From positions 31,728 to 95,727 of IMG/VR virus record IMGVR_UViG_3300016643_000133: a DNA stretch of 64,000 bases. One strand, given 5' to 3'. Both the position numbers and the translations under genes were made by a program. Below the pieces are notes generated by a model. That model made no database searches. It was given only the letters and a program-made list of their open reading frames with translations, and was not told the origin of the DNA. The DNA comes from a virus. Below are positions 56,066 to 64,000 of this stretch, piece by piece (positions within the stretch are counted from its first letter, which is position 1; each line of letters begins with the position of its first letter).

Positions 56066-57339
56066 TTAATAAAGAGAAATTAGCACAAGCAATTCAAAAG
56101 GAATGGTCAGAAAGTCCACGATGGTCTGGTGTTCGCCGTAATTATACTGCGGATGATGTAGTGAGGTTATACGGGTCATTAGATGAACAGTTTACATTGG
56201 CTGCCCGTGGTGCCAGTAGATTATGGACAGATTTACACAATGAACCTTTTGTGAATGCTCTTGGTGCCTTGACTGGTATGCAGGCACTACAACAGGCAAA
56301 GGCTGGTCTAAAGGCCATCTATTTGTCTGGTTGGCAAGTGGCAGCCGATGCAAACATGGCAGGTGAAATGTATCCTGACCAATCATTGTATCCTGCTTAT
56401 AGTGTACCAAAAGTTGTTGAGAAAATCAACAACACATTTCGGCGTGCTGACCAAATCCAATGGATGGAAGGCGTAGGTGATATAGATTATTTTGTACCAA
56501 TCGTTGCTGATGCAGAGGCTGGTTTTGGTGGTGTTCTTAATGCCTTTGAGTTAATGAAACAGATGATTCGCTCAGGCGCCGCAGGAGTTCATTTTGAGGA
56601 TCAACTTGCTTCGGTTAAAAAATGCGGTCATCTCGGTGGTAAAGTTCTTGTTCCTACCAGAGAAGCTGTCAACAAACTTAATGCTGCTCGTCTTGCTAGT
56701 GATACTCTTGCCGTACCTACTGTCCTCATTGCTCGCACAGATGCTGAGGCGGCTGATATCATAACAAGTGATATTGATGAAAACGATAAACCATTCCTTA
56801 CAGGTGAAAGAACAGTAGAAGGTTTCTATAAAACAAAACCTGGTTTGGAACAAGCGATAAGTAGAGGCCTGGCCTACGCACCTTATGCTGATTTAATTTG
56901 GTGTGAAACAGGCAAACCTGATTTAGAGTATGCTAAGAAATTTGCAGAGGCGATTCATAAAAGTTTTCCAGGCAAAATGTTGGCATACAATTGTTCACCC
57001 TCTTTTAATTGGAAGAAGAATTTAGATGATGCCACGATTGCAAAATTTCAACATGAGCTCGCTGCGATGGGCTATAAATTTCAGTTTATTACTCTTGCTG
57101 GCTTTCACTCTCTCAATGCTTCTATGTTTGAGTTGGCTAATGGGTATGCTAATCGGAATATGTCAGCATTTGTTGATTTACAGGAGAGAGAGTTTTTATT
57201 ACAGGAACATGGATTCTCTGCTGTCAAACATCAGAGGGAAGTTGGAACATCCTATTTTGATGCCGTTACAACGACAATTGAACAAGATAGCTCAACGACT
57301 GCCATGAAAAATTCAACGGAGGCCGAACAGTTTCACTAA
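56062..57339 (+). CDS. aceA: isocitrate lyase
   Basis: [55 protein letters not shown]. Confidence 0.96.
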   Translation: MINKEKLAQAIQKEWSESPRWSGVRRNYTADDVVRLYGSLDEQFTLAARGASRLWTDLHNEPFVNALGALTGMQALQQAKAGLKAIYLSGWQVAADANMAGEMYPDQSLYPAYSVPKVVEKINNTFRRADQIQWMEGVGDIDYFVPIVADAEAGFGGVLNAFELMKQMIRSGAAGVHFEDQLASVKKCGHLGGKVLVPTREAVNKLNAARLASDTLAVPTVLIARTDAEAADIITSDIDENDKPFLTGERTVEGFYKTKPGLEQAISRGLAYAPYADLIWCETGKPDLEYAKKFAEAIHKSFPGKMLAYNCSPSFNWKKNLDDATIAKFQHELAAMGYKFQFITLAGFHSLNASMFELANGYANRNMSAFVDLQEREFLLQEHGFSAVKHQREVGTSYFDAVTTTIEQDSSTTAMKNSTEAEQFH

Positions 57340-58121
57340 TGCACTACAAAAGCATATTCATTAGTGATGTGCATTTGGGTACCAAAGATTGTAAAGCAGA
57401 ATTATTAAATAATTTTTTAAAGCATAATACTTGCGAAACTCTGTATCTTGTTGGTGATATTATAGATGCTTGGAAGATACAAAAAAATAAGTGGCGGTGG
57501 AAACAATCTCATACAAATGTTGTGAGGCGTATTCTAGGTTACGCTAAAAGAGGAACAAGGGTTGTCTATGTAACAGGCAACCATGATGAATTTCTACGGC
57601 CAATGATACCGTATGGTTTATCTTTTGGCCAAGTGGAACTTTGCAATCAAATTGAACATATTGGCATTGATGGTAAACACTATCTTGTTGTTCATGGTGA
57701 TTTATTTGATGGTATTACAAGAATTGCCAAGTGGTTGTCATTCTTAGGTGATTCTGCCTATGATTTTGTATTGAATTTAAATAGCAAGTTTAATTGGTGG
57801 CGCCATAAATTTGGCCTTAGTTATTGGTCTCTTAGCAAGTATTTAAAATACAAAGTAAAGCGTGCAGTAGATTTCATGTTTCAATTTGAAAATAATTTAT
57901 CTACGCATTGTAAGAAAAAAGGTTATGATGGTGTCATCTGTGGTCATATACACCATGCAGAAATAAAAGAAATTGATGGCGTAATGTATATGAATGATGG
58001 TGATTGGGTTGAATCCTGCACCGCATTAGTAGAAAATATAAATGGCAAGTGGGAAATTGTAACTTGGACCGAATTATTACAAAATGAAAAAACTATTGAT
58101 AATAACAGACAACCTACCTGA
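57339..58121 (+). CDS. metallophosphoesterase, LpxH-like/PlcP-type phospholipase C
   Basis: SDVHLG, GDIID, GNHD, HGDLFD, CGHIH, YMNDGDWVES. Confidence 0.8.
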   Translation: MHYKSIFISDVHLGTKDCKAELLNNFLKHNTCETLYLVGDIIDAWKIQKNKWRWKQSHTNVVRRILGYAKRGTRVVYVTGNHDEFLRPMIPYGLSFGQVELCNQIEHIGIDGKHYLVVHGDLFDGITRIAKWLSFLGDSAYDFVLNLNSKFNWWRHKFGLSYWSLSKYLKYKVKRAVDFMFQFENNLSTHCKKKGYDGVICGHIHHAEIKEIDGVMYMNDGDWVESCTALVENINGKWEIVTWTELLQNEKTIDNNRQPT

Positions 58122-59055
58122 CCAAATCAATGGTGTCGTTACAACATTCCAGAATATTGAAAAGAATCTGGTTTTGGATGGGTATTCTGTTGTATATCTT
58201 AATCCCAGGCAGTTCTTACATTTTGCTTGCCCAGGCTACAATGAAGTTAAACTTTCGCTTCCTTGGAAAATCGGTCAAAAGATTGCAGAAATATCTCCAA
58301 ATCATATACACATCGCCACAGAGGGTCCTATTGGTCTGTTCGCTAGATTTTATTGTAACCGTCACAATATACGGTACAATACTTCTTACCATACTAAATT
58401 CCCTGAATTTCTAAAAAAGATTTATGGATTACCTGAAGGCATCACATACAAATATCTAAGATGGTTTCATCGTGATTCAGAAAAAGTATTGGTGCCAACC
58501 GAAGGTCTAAAAAAAGAATTAGAAAATAAAAAATTTAAGAACCTCAAAGTTTGGACCAGAGGTGTAGATACAGAAATTTTTAATCCAAAGCGCAGAACAA
58601 ACCCTGGTGATTACATTGTTTGTGTAAGCCGTGTATCAAAAGAAAAAGGTCTAGATGATTTTTGCCAATTAAAAGGCAACAAAGTATTAATTGGCGATGG
58701 GCCATATTTGAATACACTTAAAGAAAAATATCCAGATGTTAAATTTCTTGGCGTAAAACAAGGTGCAGAATTGGCAGGATGGATTGCAAATGCTGATGTG
58801 TTTGTATTTCCGTCAAAGGCAGATACATTTGGTATTGTTATATTGGAGGCGATTGCGTGTGGCACTCCAGTCGCATCATACATAGAACCTGGTCCATTAG
58901 AGGTCATATCAAATGGTATCAATGGTTATTATAGTAATGATTTACAAATGAATGTTGTGATGTGCTTAACTATAAACCGTGGTGATGTTTATAGTTCTTC
59001 AAAAAATTGGTCATGGAAAAACTCAACAAAACAATTTAAAGAGGCATTAGTATGA
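58084..59055 (+). CDS. GT4 glycosyltransferase, Agt-like
   Basis: QINGVV, HIATEGPIG, SYHTKFPE, RGVD, FPSKADTFGIVILEAIACGTPV. Confidence 0.85.
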   Translation: MKKLLIITDNLPDQINGVVTTFQNIEKNLVLDGYSVVYLNPRQFLHFACPGYNEVKLSLPWKIGQKIAEISPNHIHIATEGPIGLFARFYCNRHNIRYNTSYHTKFPEFLKKIYGLPEGITYKYLRWFHRDSEKVLVPTEGLKKELENKKFKNLKVWTRGVDTEIFNPKRRTNPGDYIVCVSRVSKEKGLDDFCQLKGNKVLIGDGPYLNTLKEKYPDVKFLGVKQGAELAGWIANADVFVFPSKADTFGIVILEAIACGTPVASYIEPGPLEVISNGINGYYSNDLQMNVVMCLTINRGDVYSSSKNWSWKNSTKQFKEALV

Positions 59056-59492
59056 AACTTTATATTTTCTTAGCACTGGCCATCGCAATTGCGGCGCCAG
59101 CGTATGCACAAAAAACACCACAAGGTATGGTGTATGAGGCACAAATTCTTCGTGTATCTGATGGTGATACGGTTGTAATTGCTGCGCCGTTTCTACCACA
59201 ACCATTGAAACCAGAATTAGCGGTTCGTATCTATGGCGTAGATACACCAGAAAAAGGATTTAGAGCTCAATGTCCAAGTGAAGATGCTCGTGGTAAAGCT
59301 GCATCAGAGTTTACCAAAAATGCCGTGGCACAATCACAATCTCGTCAAATGGTCTTATATTCTTGGGATAAATTTGGTGGTCGTGTATTAGGTGACATTA
59401 TTCTAAACGGCCAATCACTACGCACCATGCTTATTCAAAACGGTTTTGCTCGTGAATACTTTGGTGAAGCCAAACAATCATGGTGTAACTAA
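59052..59492 (+). CDS. secreted thermonuclease (SNase family)
   Basis: Signal peptide ending AYA; DGDT, RIYGVDTPE, DKFGGRVLG. Confidence 0.88.
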   Translation: MKLYIFLALAIAIAAPAYAQKTPQGMVYEAQILRVSDGDTVVIAAPFLPQPLKPELAVRIYGVDTPEKGFRAQCPSEDARGKAASEFTKNAVAQSQSRQMVLYSWDKFGGRVLGDIILNGQSLRTMLIQNGFAREYFGEAKQSWCN

Positions 59493-59644
59493 TGGCGGTA
59501 TTACACCATATCTGTAATGAGTGTAGTTCTGAATTCACACTCAAATACGATGAGGAACAAGTAGAAGATGCACCTCACTATTGTACCTTTTGTGGAGAAA
59601 TGATGATTGACTTTGATGAAAATTATGAAGATGATGAAGAATAA
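59492..59644 (+). CDS. small zinc-ribbon protein with acidic tail (50 aa, not in ORF track)
   Basis: CNEC...CTFC; TAATG coupling to nuclease. Confidence 0.7.
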   Translation: MAVLHHICNECSSEFTLKYDEEQVEDAPHYCTFCGEMMIDFDENYEDDEE

Positions 59645-60117
59645 TTTTTACATTTACTGAAATGCCATCGGTTCATAGCTAAAGATTTTCCTTTTTTGTT
59701 ACAATGTGGGCAAACTATTATTTGTTTCGTGTGGTGGTCATTATTTTTGTGCCATTCTGAAATTTTTGGCATTTTCCTATTCAACATACCTTGTCTTAGT
59801 TTTTCTTTTACAGAATCAAGTAATGGTTTTCCATAATTTGGATTTTTTTCACCAAGTTTAGATTGACTGTAATTTTGACGCATTTTTTCTGTAAGGACTT
59901 TTCTTTTTGCAGCTAAACCACATTTAATTTTAGTTTCTTCTGATGGGGATTTTCCTTTATTCCAAGGAATAACTCCTTTTTGAAAACCAAAATTTTTAGG
60001 ATGCCAAAAACCTCTCTTTGAGTGCTCAAGTTCTTCTTTTGTTAAGGGATTGTTTTTACACCATTCTCTTAAATCAATAAGAAAAGGGTCATTTGGAGTT
60101 AAATAAATATTACTCAT
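59623..60117 (-). CDS. NUMOD3-repeat DNA-binding protein, no visible nuclease domain
   Basis: PWNKGKSPSEETK, GEKNPNYGK, C-terminal CPHC...RWHFSKC; N-terminus homologous to 6829..7275. Confidence 0.7.
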   Translation of the reverse strand: MSNIYLTPNDPFLIDLREWCKNNPLTKEELEHSKRGFWHPKNFGFQKGVIPWNKGKSPSEETKIKCGLAAKRKVLTEKMRQNYSQSKLGEKNPNYGKPLLDSVKEKLRQGMLNRKMPKISEWHKNNDHHTKQIIVCPHCNKKGKSLAMNRWHFSKCKNYSSSSS

Positions 60118-60184
60118 AGCTGATACGGTCCTTTCGTATTAGAGTGTATGCGGTCTGACCACCGGCGATACACACCTATTTATA
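60115..60184 (-). promoter_or_regulatory. late promoter (TATAAATA) plus conserved structured leader, copy 2
   Basis: Homologous to 7273-7341 with covarying stems. Confidence 0.7.
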
Positions 60185-60197
60185 CATTGAGGAATAT

Positions 60198-60605
60198 ATG
60201 GCATGGTATTTTCAAAACACCACAAATGAAGTAAGTCCTGAAGATATTGAAGGTTTTTATGGTTTTGTATATTGTATTACCGAAAATGCGACTGGTAAAA
60301 AATATATTGGTCGCAAATACTTCACCAAAGCCAAAACAAAACAAGTAAAAGGTAAAAAGAAAAAAACCCGTGTGGCCTCTGATTGGGAGGATTACTACGG
60401 ATCCAATAAAGATTTGTTACAAGAAATAGAAGTGAAAGGTAAGGAAGCTTTTACCCGTGAAATATTACACCTTTGTAAAACAAGGTCAGAAACAAACTAT
60501 TTTGAAACTTGGGAGATTTTTAACAGACACGCATTAATGTCTGATAATTATTGGAACCAATGGGTATCATGCCGTATTCGTAAGGACCACTTGGTAAAGC
60601 CTTAG
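60198..60605 (+). CDS. GIY-YIG endonuclease, endonuclease II (DenA)-like
   Basis: YGFVYCI...KKYIGRK, SDWEDYYGS, REIL, YFE. Confidence 0.75.
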   Translation: MAWYFQNTTNEVSPEDIEGFYGFVYCITENATGKKYIGRKYFTKAKTKQVKGKKKKTRVASDWEDYYGSNKDLLQEIEVKGKEAFTREILHLCKTRSETNYFETWEIFNRHALMSDNYWNQWVSCRIRKDHLVKP

Positions 60606-60757
60606 CTTTATTATCAAAGCGGAACACCGATACTTATGAGCCTGGCAGGTATAAACCTGTAATCACCAGGTAAAAATATACCACATTTGCCTCATTATTA
60701 TGTTGCGTTGCAGTATAATTATACTAAATAACTGAGTAACGCTTAAGGAGGTTACTA

Positions 60758-60865
60758 ATGTTATTGAAACTTAAATCTTTCCTAAAATCTTTTGGTCAAG
60801 TGTGGACAGAGGCTATGCAAAGGCGTGCCGAATACTACAAAAAACACAATAGATTTATGGATTAA
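60758..60865 (+). CDS. small hypothetical protein (35 aa, not in ORF track)
   Basis: AAGGAGG RBS inside AGTAAC/GTTACT hairpin; MLLKLKSFLKSFGQVWTEAMQRRAEYY. Confidence 0.5.
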   Translation: MLLKLKSFLKSFGQVWTEAMQRRAEYYKKHNRFMD

Positions 60866-60894
60866 CTAACTCGCTTAACTAAGGAGAAATAAAA

Positions 60895-61149
60895 ATGTTT
60901 GAATTCCCAAAAGCCAATGATTTTGCTTTCGTAGTAAACAAGTCCAAAGATATTGCTGTATCTACAGTTGACTTTGGCAACACTCTTTTCAATGAGAGCC
61001 TGAAGTATTTCAATGAAATCACAGGAAAGACCTTTTATACATATACGGTGAAGGCTGCTGAAGCCCATACACAGGTCACCGATTATGCAAAAGAATTCAT
61101 CAAAACAGGCACCGTCAAAGAAATATTTGCAGGTAGCGCAAAAAACTAA
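60895..61149 (+). CDS. small helical protein, possibly phasin-like
   Basis: AAGGAG RBS in ROSE-like hairpin; amphipathic helical pattern. Confidence 0.55.
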   Translation: MFEFPKANDFAFVVNKSKDIAVSTVDFGNTLFNESLKYFNEITGKTFYTYTVKAAEAHTQVTDYAKEFIKTGTVKEIFAGSAKN

Positions 61150-61342
61150 ATCTTGGTATCCAGTCGCAAGAAACGGCTGGATTATCAAATTTTCTATTTT
61201 TGATGAGACCTTTTTTCTTATAACGGTCATCTCGCAATACACAGGACAGGCAATTATCCGATACTTTAACGATGAGGATAATGCCTGTCTTTTCATTAAT
61301 TTTATACAAGAACTAGACGCTGAGCAATTGGTAGAATTATAA
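61085..61342 (+). CDS. hypothetical protein (true start probably later, e.g. TTG 61127)
   Basis: Fills gap to the late promoter at 61338. Confidence 0.5.
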   Translation: MQKNSSKQAPSKKYLQVAQKTKSWYPVARNGWIIKFSIFDETFFLITVISQYTGQAIIRYFNDEDNACLFINFIQELDAEQLVEL

Positions 61343-61379
61343 ATAAAGCATCAGATTTTTATAATTCATAAGGTTCTTC

Positions 61380-62162
61380 ATGGCACTCACAAAAGTCACT
61401 GCTGGTGTAATTGCCGCAAATGCAGTCGTAGATTCGTTTGGTAGTCAATCCATCACAGGCGATAAGATTGGCCTGACGGCTATCAATGCAAACAATATTG
61501 TTACTGGTGCAGTTACAGGTGATAAGTTAGGCATAACATCAATTAATGCAAATAATATTGTAGACGCAACAATTACAAATGCAAAAATTATTTCTGTTGC
61601 AAATACAAAAATTTCTGGTAATATTATAAGTTCTCAGATTGCACCAGAGCAAATATTTTATGGCAATACAATCATTAGTGGTTCTGGTTCTTATTTGAGA
61701 TTAGCTTCTGGTACTGGCGGCATCCAATTCAACGGAGACACTTCATCCGCTAATGCGCTAGATGACTACGAGGAAGGGACTTTTACTCCGACTGTTTCTG
61801 GGGCATCAAGTGCTGGAAGTGCTTCTTACAATATTCAACAAGGAACATATACAAAAGTTGGAAGGGTAGTTACTGTTTCTCTGCGGATTGAAGTTATTAG
61901 TTTTACCGGAACAGGCGCATTGCAAGTTAATGGTTTTCCTTTTGCAACTGCTCAATTAAGTCCATTGTCAATGGAATATATTGCACCAGTAATGACTAAC
62001 GGAATGAATTGGACTGGTGGCTCACAGGTTGTTTATTATATGCCTCCTAACGCAACTTACGGAAACATCTTTTATATGGCTGATGACGCTGCGTGGGGAG
62101 TTCAACAATGTGTTAACGAGTCGTTCAACATTATTCTAACAATGACTTATGTAACAACCTAA
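61380..62162 (+). CDS. tail-fibre-like virion protein
   Basis: MALTKV, repeated (I/V)TGDK(I/L)G..INANNIV, LDDYEEGTFTP, YTKVGRVV. Confidence 0.7.
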   Translation: MALTKVTAGVIAANAVVDSFGSQSITGDKIGLTAINANNIVTGAVTGDKLGITSINANNIVDATITNAKIISVANTKISGNIISSQIAPEQIFYGNTIISGSGSYLRLASGTGGIQFNGDTSSANALDDYEEGTFTPTVSGASSAGSASYNIQQGTYTKVGRVVTVSLRIEVISFTGTGALQVNGFPFATAQLSPLSMEYIAPVMTNGMNWTGGSQVVYYMPPNATYGNIFYMADDAAWGVQQCVNESFNIILTMTYVTT

Positions 62163-62201
62163 TTATCTGCACTGGACTGTGCAGACGGAAAGGAAAACAA
62201 A

Positions 62202-62441
62202 ATGGCTTTAGAAAAACAAGTAGTTGTAGACAAGATTGAAGTGGTAGAGAATGGCTCTATTCAAGTTCGCACCGCAACTCGTATTGTTGAAGATGGTAAT
62301 GTTATCTCTACTACATATCATCGTCATGTGGTTTTACCAGGTCAAGATTATAGCAACGAAGATACACGGGTAAAGGCTATCTGCGCTGCTACTCATACAG
62401 AAGAAGTCATTGCTGCCTATCAAGCAATGATTGAAGCATAA
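62202..62441 (+). CDS. small protein following tail fibre, chaperone-like
   Basis: DKIEV...IQVRTAT...YHRHV...VKAICAA. Confidence 0.6.
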   Translation: MALEKQVVVDKIEVVENGSIQVRTATRIVEDGNVISTTYHRHVVLPGQDYSNEDTRVKAICAATHTEEVIAAYQAMIEA

Positions 62442-62509
62442 AAAAAAAAATAAAATTTTAAATTCACTTTTGCCGCACTAAGTGCCCTGTCTATGATAGG
62501 ATGTAGAGT

Positions 62510-62926
62510 ATGGAAATTTATGGCAAAATCAATACCAAAATGCGTGAGGCAATACACTTTTTTGCCTCAGAGCTATTGACACCTCAGCTCAAAAAGCATA
62601 TAATAATCAAATTAAAGTTTACTCGCAAATTGCCTGTATGTGGATTTACTGAGGTAGATGGCTATAACTCAAAGGGTCAACCAAGAGAGTTTACCTTAGA
62701 GATTAATCATGGTATGTCAGAGAAACAAACACTTAAAACCTTGGCTCACGAACTAGAGCATTTGCGACAGTATGCTTACGGCGAAATAGATGAGCGTGGT
62801 ACCATGTGGTTATCACGCAAAATGGACCACGATTCGGTGCCTTATCATAAGAGACCATGGGAAATTGAAGCGTTCAAAGCAGAAGAAAGGTTGTACCGTA
62901 AATGGTTACAGATGAAAAACTCCTAA
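62510..62926 (+). CDS. HExxH zinc metalloprotease-like protein
   Basis: TLAHELEHLRQ, PWEIEA. Confidence 0.75.
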   Translation: MEIYGKINTKMREAIHFFASELLTPQLKKHIIIKLKFTRKLPVCGFTEVDGYNSKGQPREFTLEINHGMSEKQTLKTLAHELEHLRQYAYGEIDERGTMWLSRKMDHDSVPYHKRPWEIEAFKAEERLYRKWLQMKNS

Positions 62927-63126
62927 AAATTAGTTACGACATTGATGAGTTTCTAATGAGTGAAGTTTTAAAACATGACATATCACCAATTACCTTGTCT
63001 GGTATCATAATGGCTCGCTTAGTTCGTATGAATGAAAGTGCCAAGACCGACAATGATTTTTACGAATTGCTAAATACAGTTTCGGCTAAAGACCACCTAA
63101 AATCTGATATGAGGACACTACAATGA
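62902..63126 (+). CDS. hypothetical protein
   Basis: Overlap-coupled ORF. Confidence 0.55.
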   Translation: MVTDEKLLKISYDIDEFLMSEVLKHDISPITLSGIIMARLVRMNESAKTDNDFYELLNTVSAKDHLKSDMRTLQ

Positions 63127-63320
63127 ACAATGAAGTTGAATCTTATGTTGGTGAATTGCGAGAACTACGAGAAAAAGTAAAGTACCTAGAAGCAGAACTA
63201 GCAAAACATAAACCAAAAATTCGTGTGTCTGGTGTGCCATATGATGTGGGAGTAGAAATGATACAAGAGCCAAATAAACCCACTACCATTTTTAGAGAGA
63301 TTAAAAGAGAGATAGAATAA
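63123..63320 (+). CDS. hypothetical protein
   Basis: GAGG RBS, ATGA overlap. Confidence 0.55.
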   Translation: MNNEVESYVGELRELREKVKYLEAELAKHKPKIRVSGVPYDVGVEMIQEPNKPTTIFREIKREIE

Positions 63321-63643
63321 TGGGAATGTTTGATTATGTGACATTTGAAGGCAAGCAGTATCAAACCAAAGATACACCGCAGCAGACATTAGATGACTAT
63401 GAGATTCGGGGTGATGAACTCTGGTGGCGTAAAGTTCAGTATGAATGGGAAGAAAATGCTTCTCGCTTTGGCGGTTATATGAAAGAAATCTCCCATGAAT
63501 GGTTATTTTGCAATGATTTTGATGGCCTAATCTTATTCTACCGTGAAGATAAAGAAAACGGTGGCCACAAAGCGGATAAATGGGTTGAATACAAAGCTTT
63601 GTTTATGAATGGTAAGATAATTAAATTAGAAAGAATTGAATGA
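63320..63643 (+). CDS. conserved phage hypothetical protein
   Basis: MGMFDYV...QTKD...WVEYKALF..G. Confidence 0.7.
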   Translation: MGMFDYVTFEGKQYQTKDTPQQTLDDYEIRGDELWWRKVQYEWEENASRFGGYMKEISHEWLFCNDFDGLILFYREDKENGGHKADKWVEYKALFMNGKIIKLERIE

Positions 63644-64000
63644 TTTACTTAATTGATGATGTGATTGATAGCAACATGGCTAATCATATTGAGAAACAGA
63701 TGTTTTCTCTAAAATTTCCTTGGCATTTCACACCAGATACCTCATACGGTTCTGCCAACACCTATCAACAAAGACCTGGTTTTCTGCATTGGTTTATTAA
63801 AGATGGCCAAAAGTCACAGTATCTAAGCATGATTGAGCCGCTCATTACAAACGGCGCATTAGAACTACAGAAAAAAGAGGTTGATGTGATACAGATTCGG
63901 GCATTTCTACAATTGCCTTTGAATCCTGAGTTTACAGGCCAAGATATTGATACACCGCACATTGATTTGTATGAACCTCATTGGGTTCTACTCTATTATG
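63640..64000 (+). CDS. 2OG-Fe(II) oxygenase-like protein (3' truncated by window edge)
   Basis: Open frame MIYLIDDVI...FPW...TPHIDLYEPHWVLLYY. Confidence 0.65.
   Translation, partial: MIYLIDDVIDSNMANHIEKQMFSLKFPWHFTPDTSYGSANTYQQRPGFLHWFIKDGQKSQYLSMIEPLITNGALELQKKEVDVIQIRAFLQLPLNPEFTGQDIDTPHIDLYEPHWVLLYY

Noticed and set aside
62439-62450. Poly-A run after the tail-fibre-associated gene as a phase-variation tract
   Set aside because: Intergenic, starting at the stop codon; may be an UP element or homopolymer artefact
1-64000. Many 60-170 aa minus-strand and off-frame ORFs in the ORF track
   Set aside because: They lie antisense to or inside well-supported genes and lack RBS or motifs; only the two NUMOD3 ORFs and, tentatively, 40096..40338 were kept

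Overview
64 kb of a large, AT-rich T4-like myophage genome with the gene order seen in cyanophage/pelagiphage-type T4 relatives. Host-derived genes (aceA, acyl-lipid desaturase, ahpC/ahpD, spanins) suggest a Gram-negative, probably aquatic betaproteobacterial host (inference). Nearly all genes are on the + strand. The window holds the replication/recombination core (gp55, gp47, gp46, gp45, gp44, gp62, regA, gp43, uvsX, gp41, gp61), nucleotide metabolism (dCMP deaminase, thyX, nrdA, nrdB), a nucleotide-sugar/glycosylation island, a late block of probable head-packaged proteins, a lysis cassette and a metabolic cassette. Most notable observations: (1) an unannotated 63-nt miniature tRNA-Gly-like RNA with its own promoter, beside a DUF4338/GNAT-like gene, a candidate tRNA-dependent glycyl-transfer (DNA hypermodification) system; (2) modular polyproteins with T4-like capsid-targeting N-termini and repeated EExEQIDE linkers resembling prohead-protease sites, some carrying enzymes; (3) two antisense NUMOD3 cassettes lacking a nuclease and sharing a covarying structured leader; (4) a PlcP-like/Agt-like lipid-remodelling pair with desaturase and isocitrate lyase; (5) cis elements: an H-type pseudoknot, two ROSE-like thermometers, an OxyR-like box before ahpC, leaderless replication genes and an RBS-occluding hairpin before a homing endonuclease. 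Family assignments come from motif recognition by eye; no database search was run.
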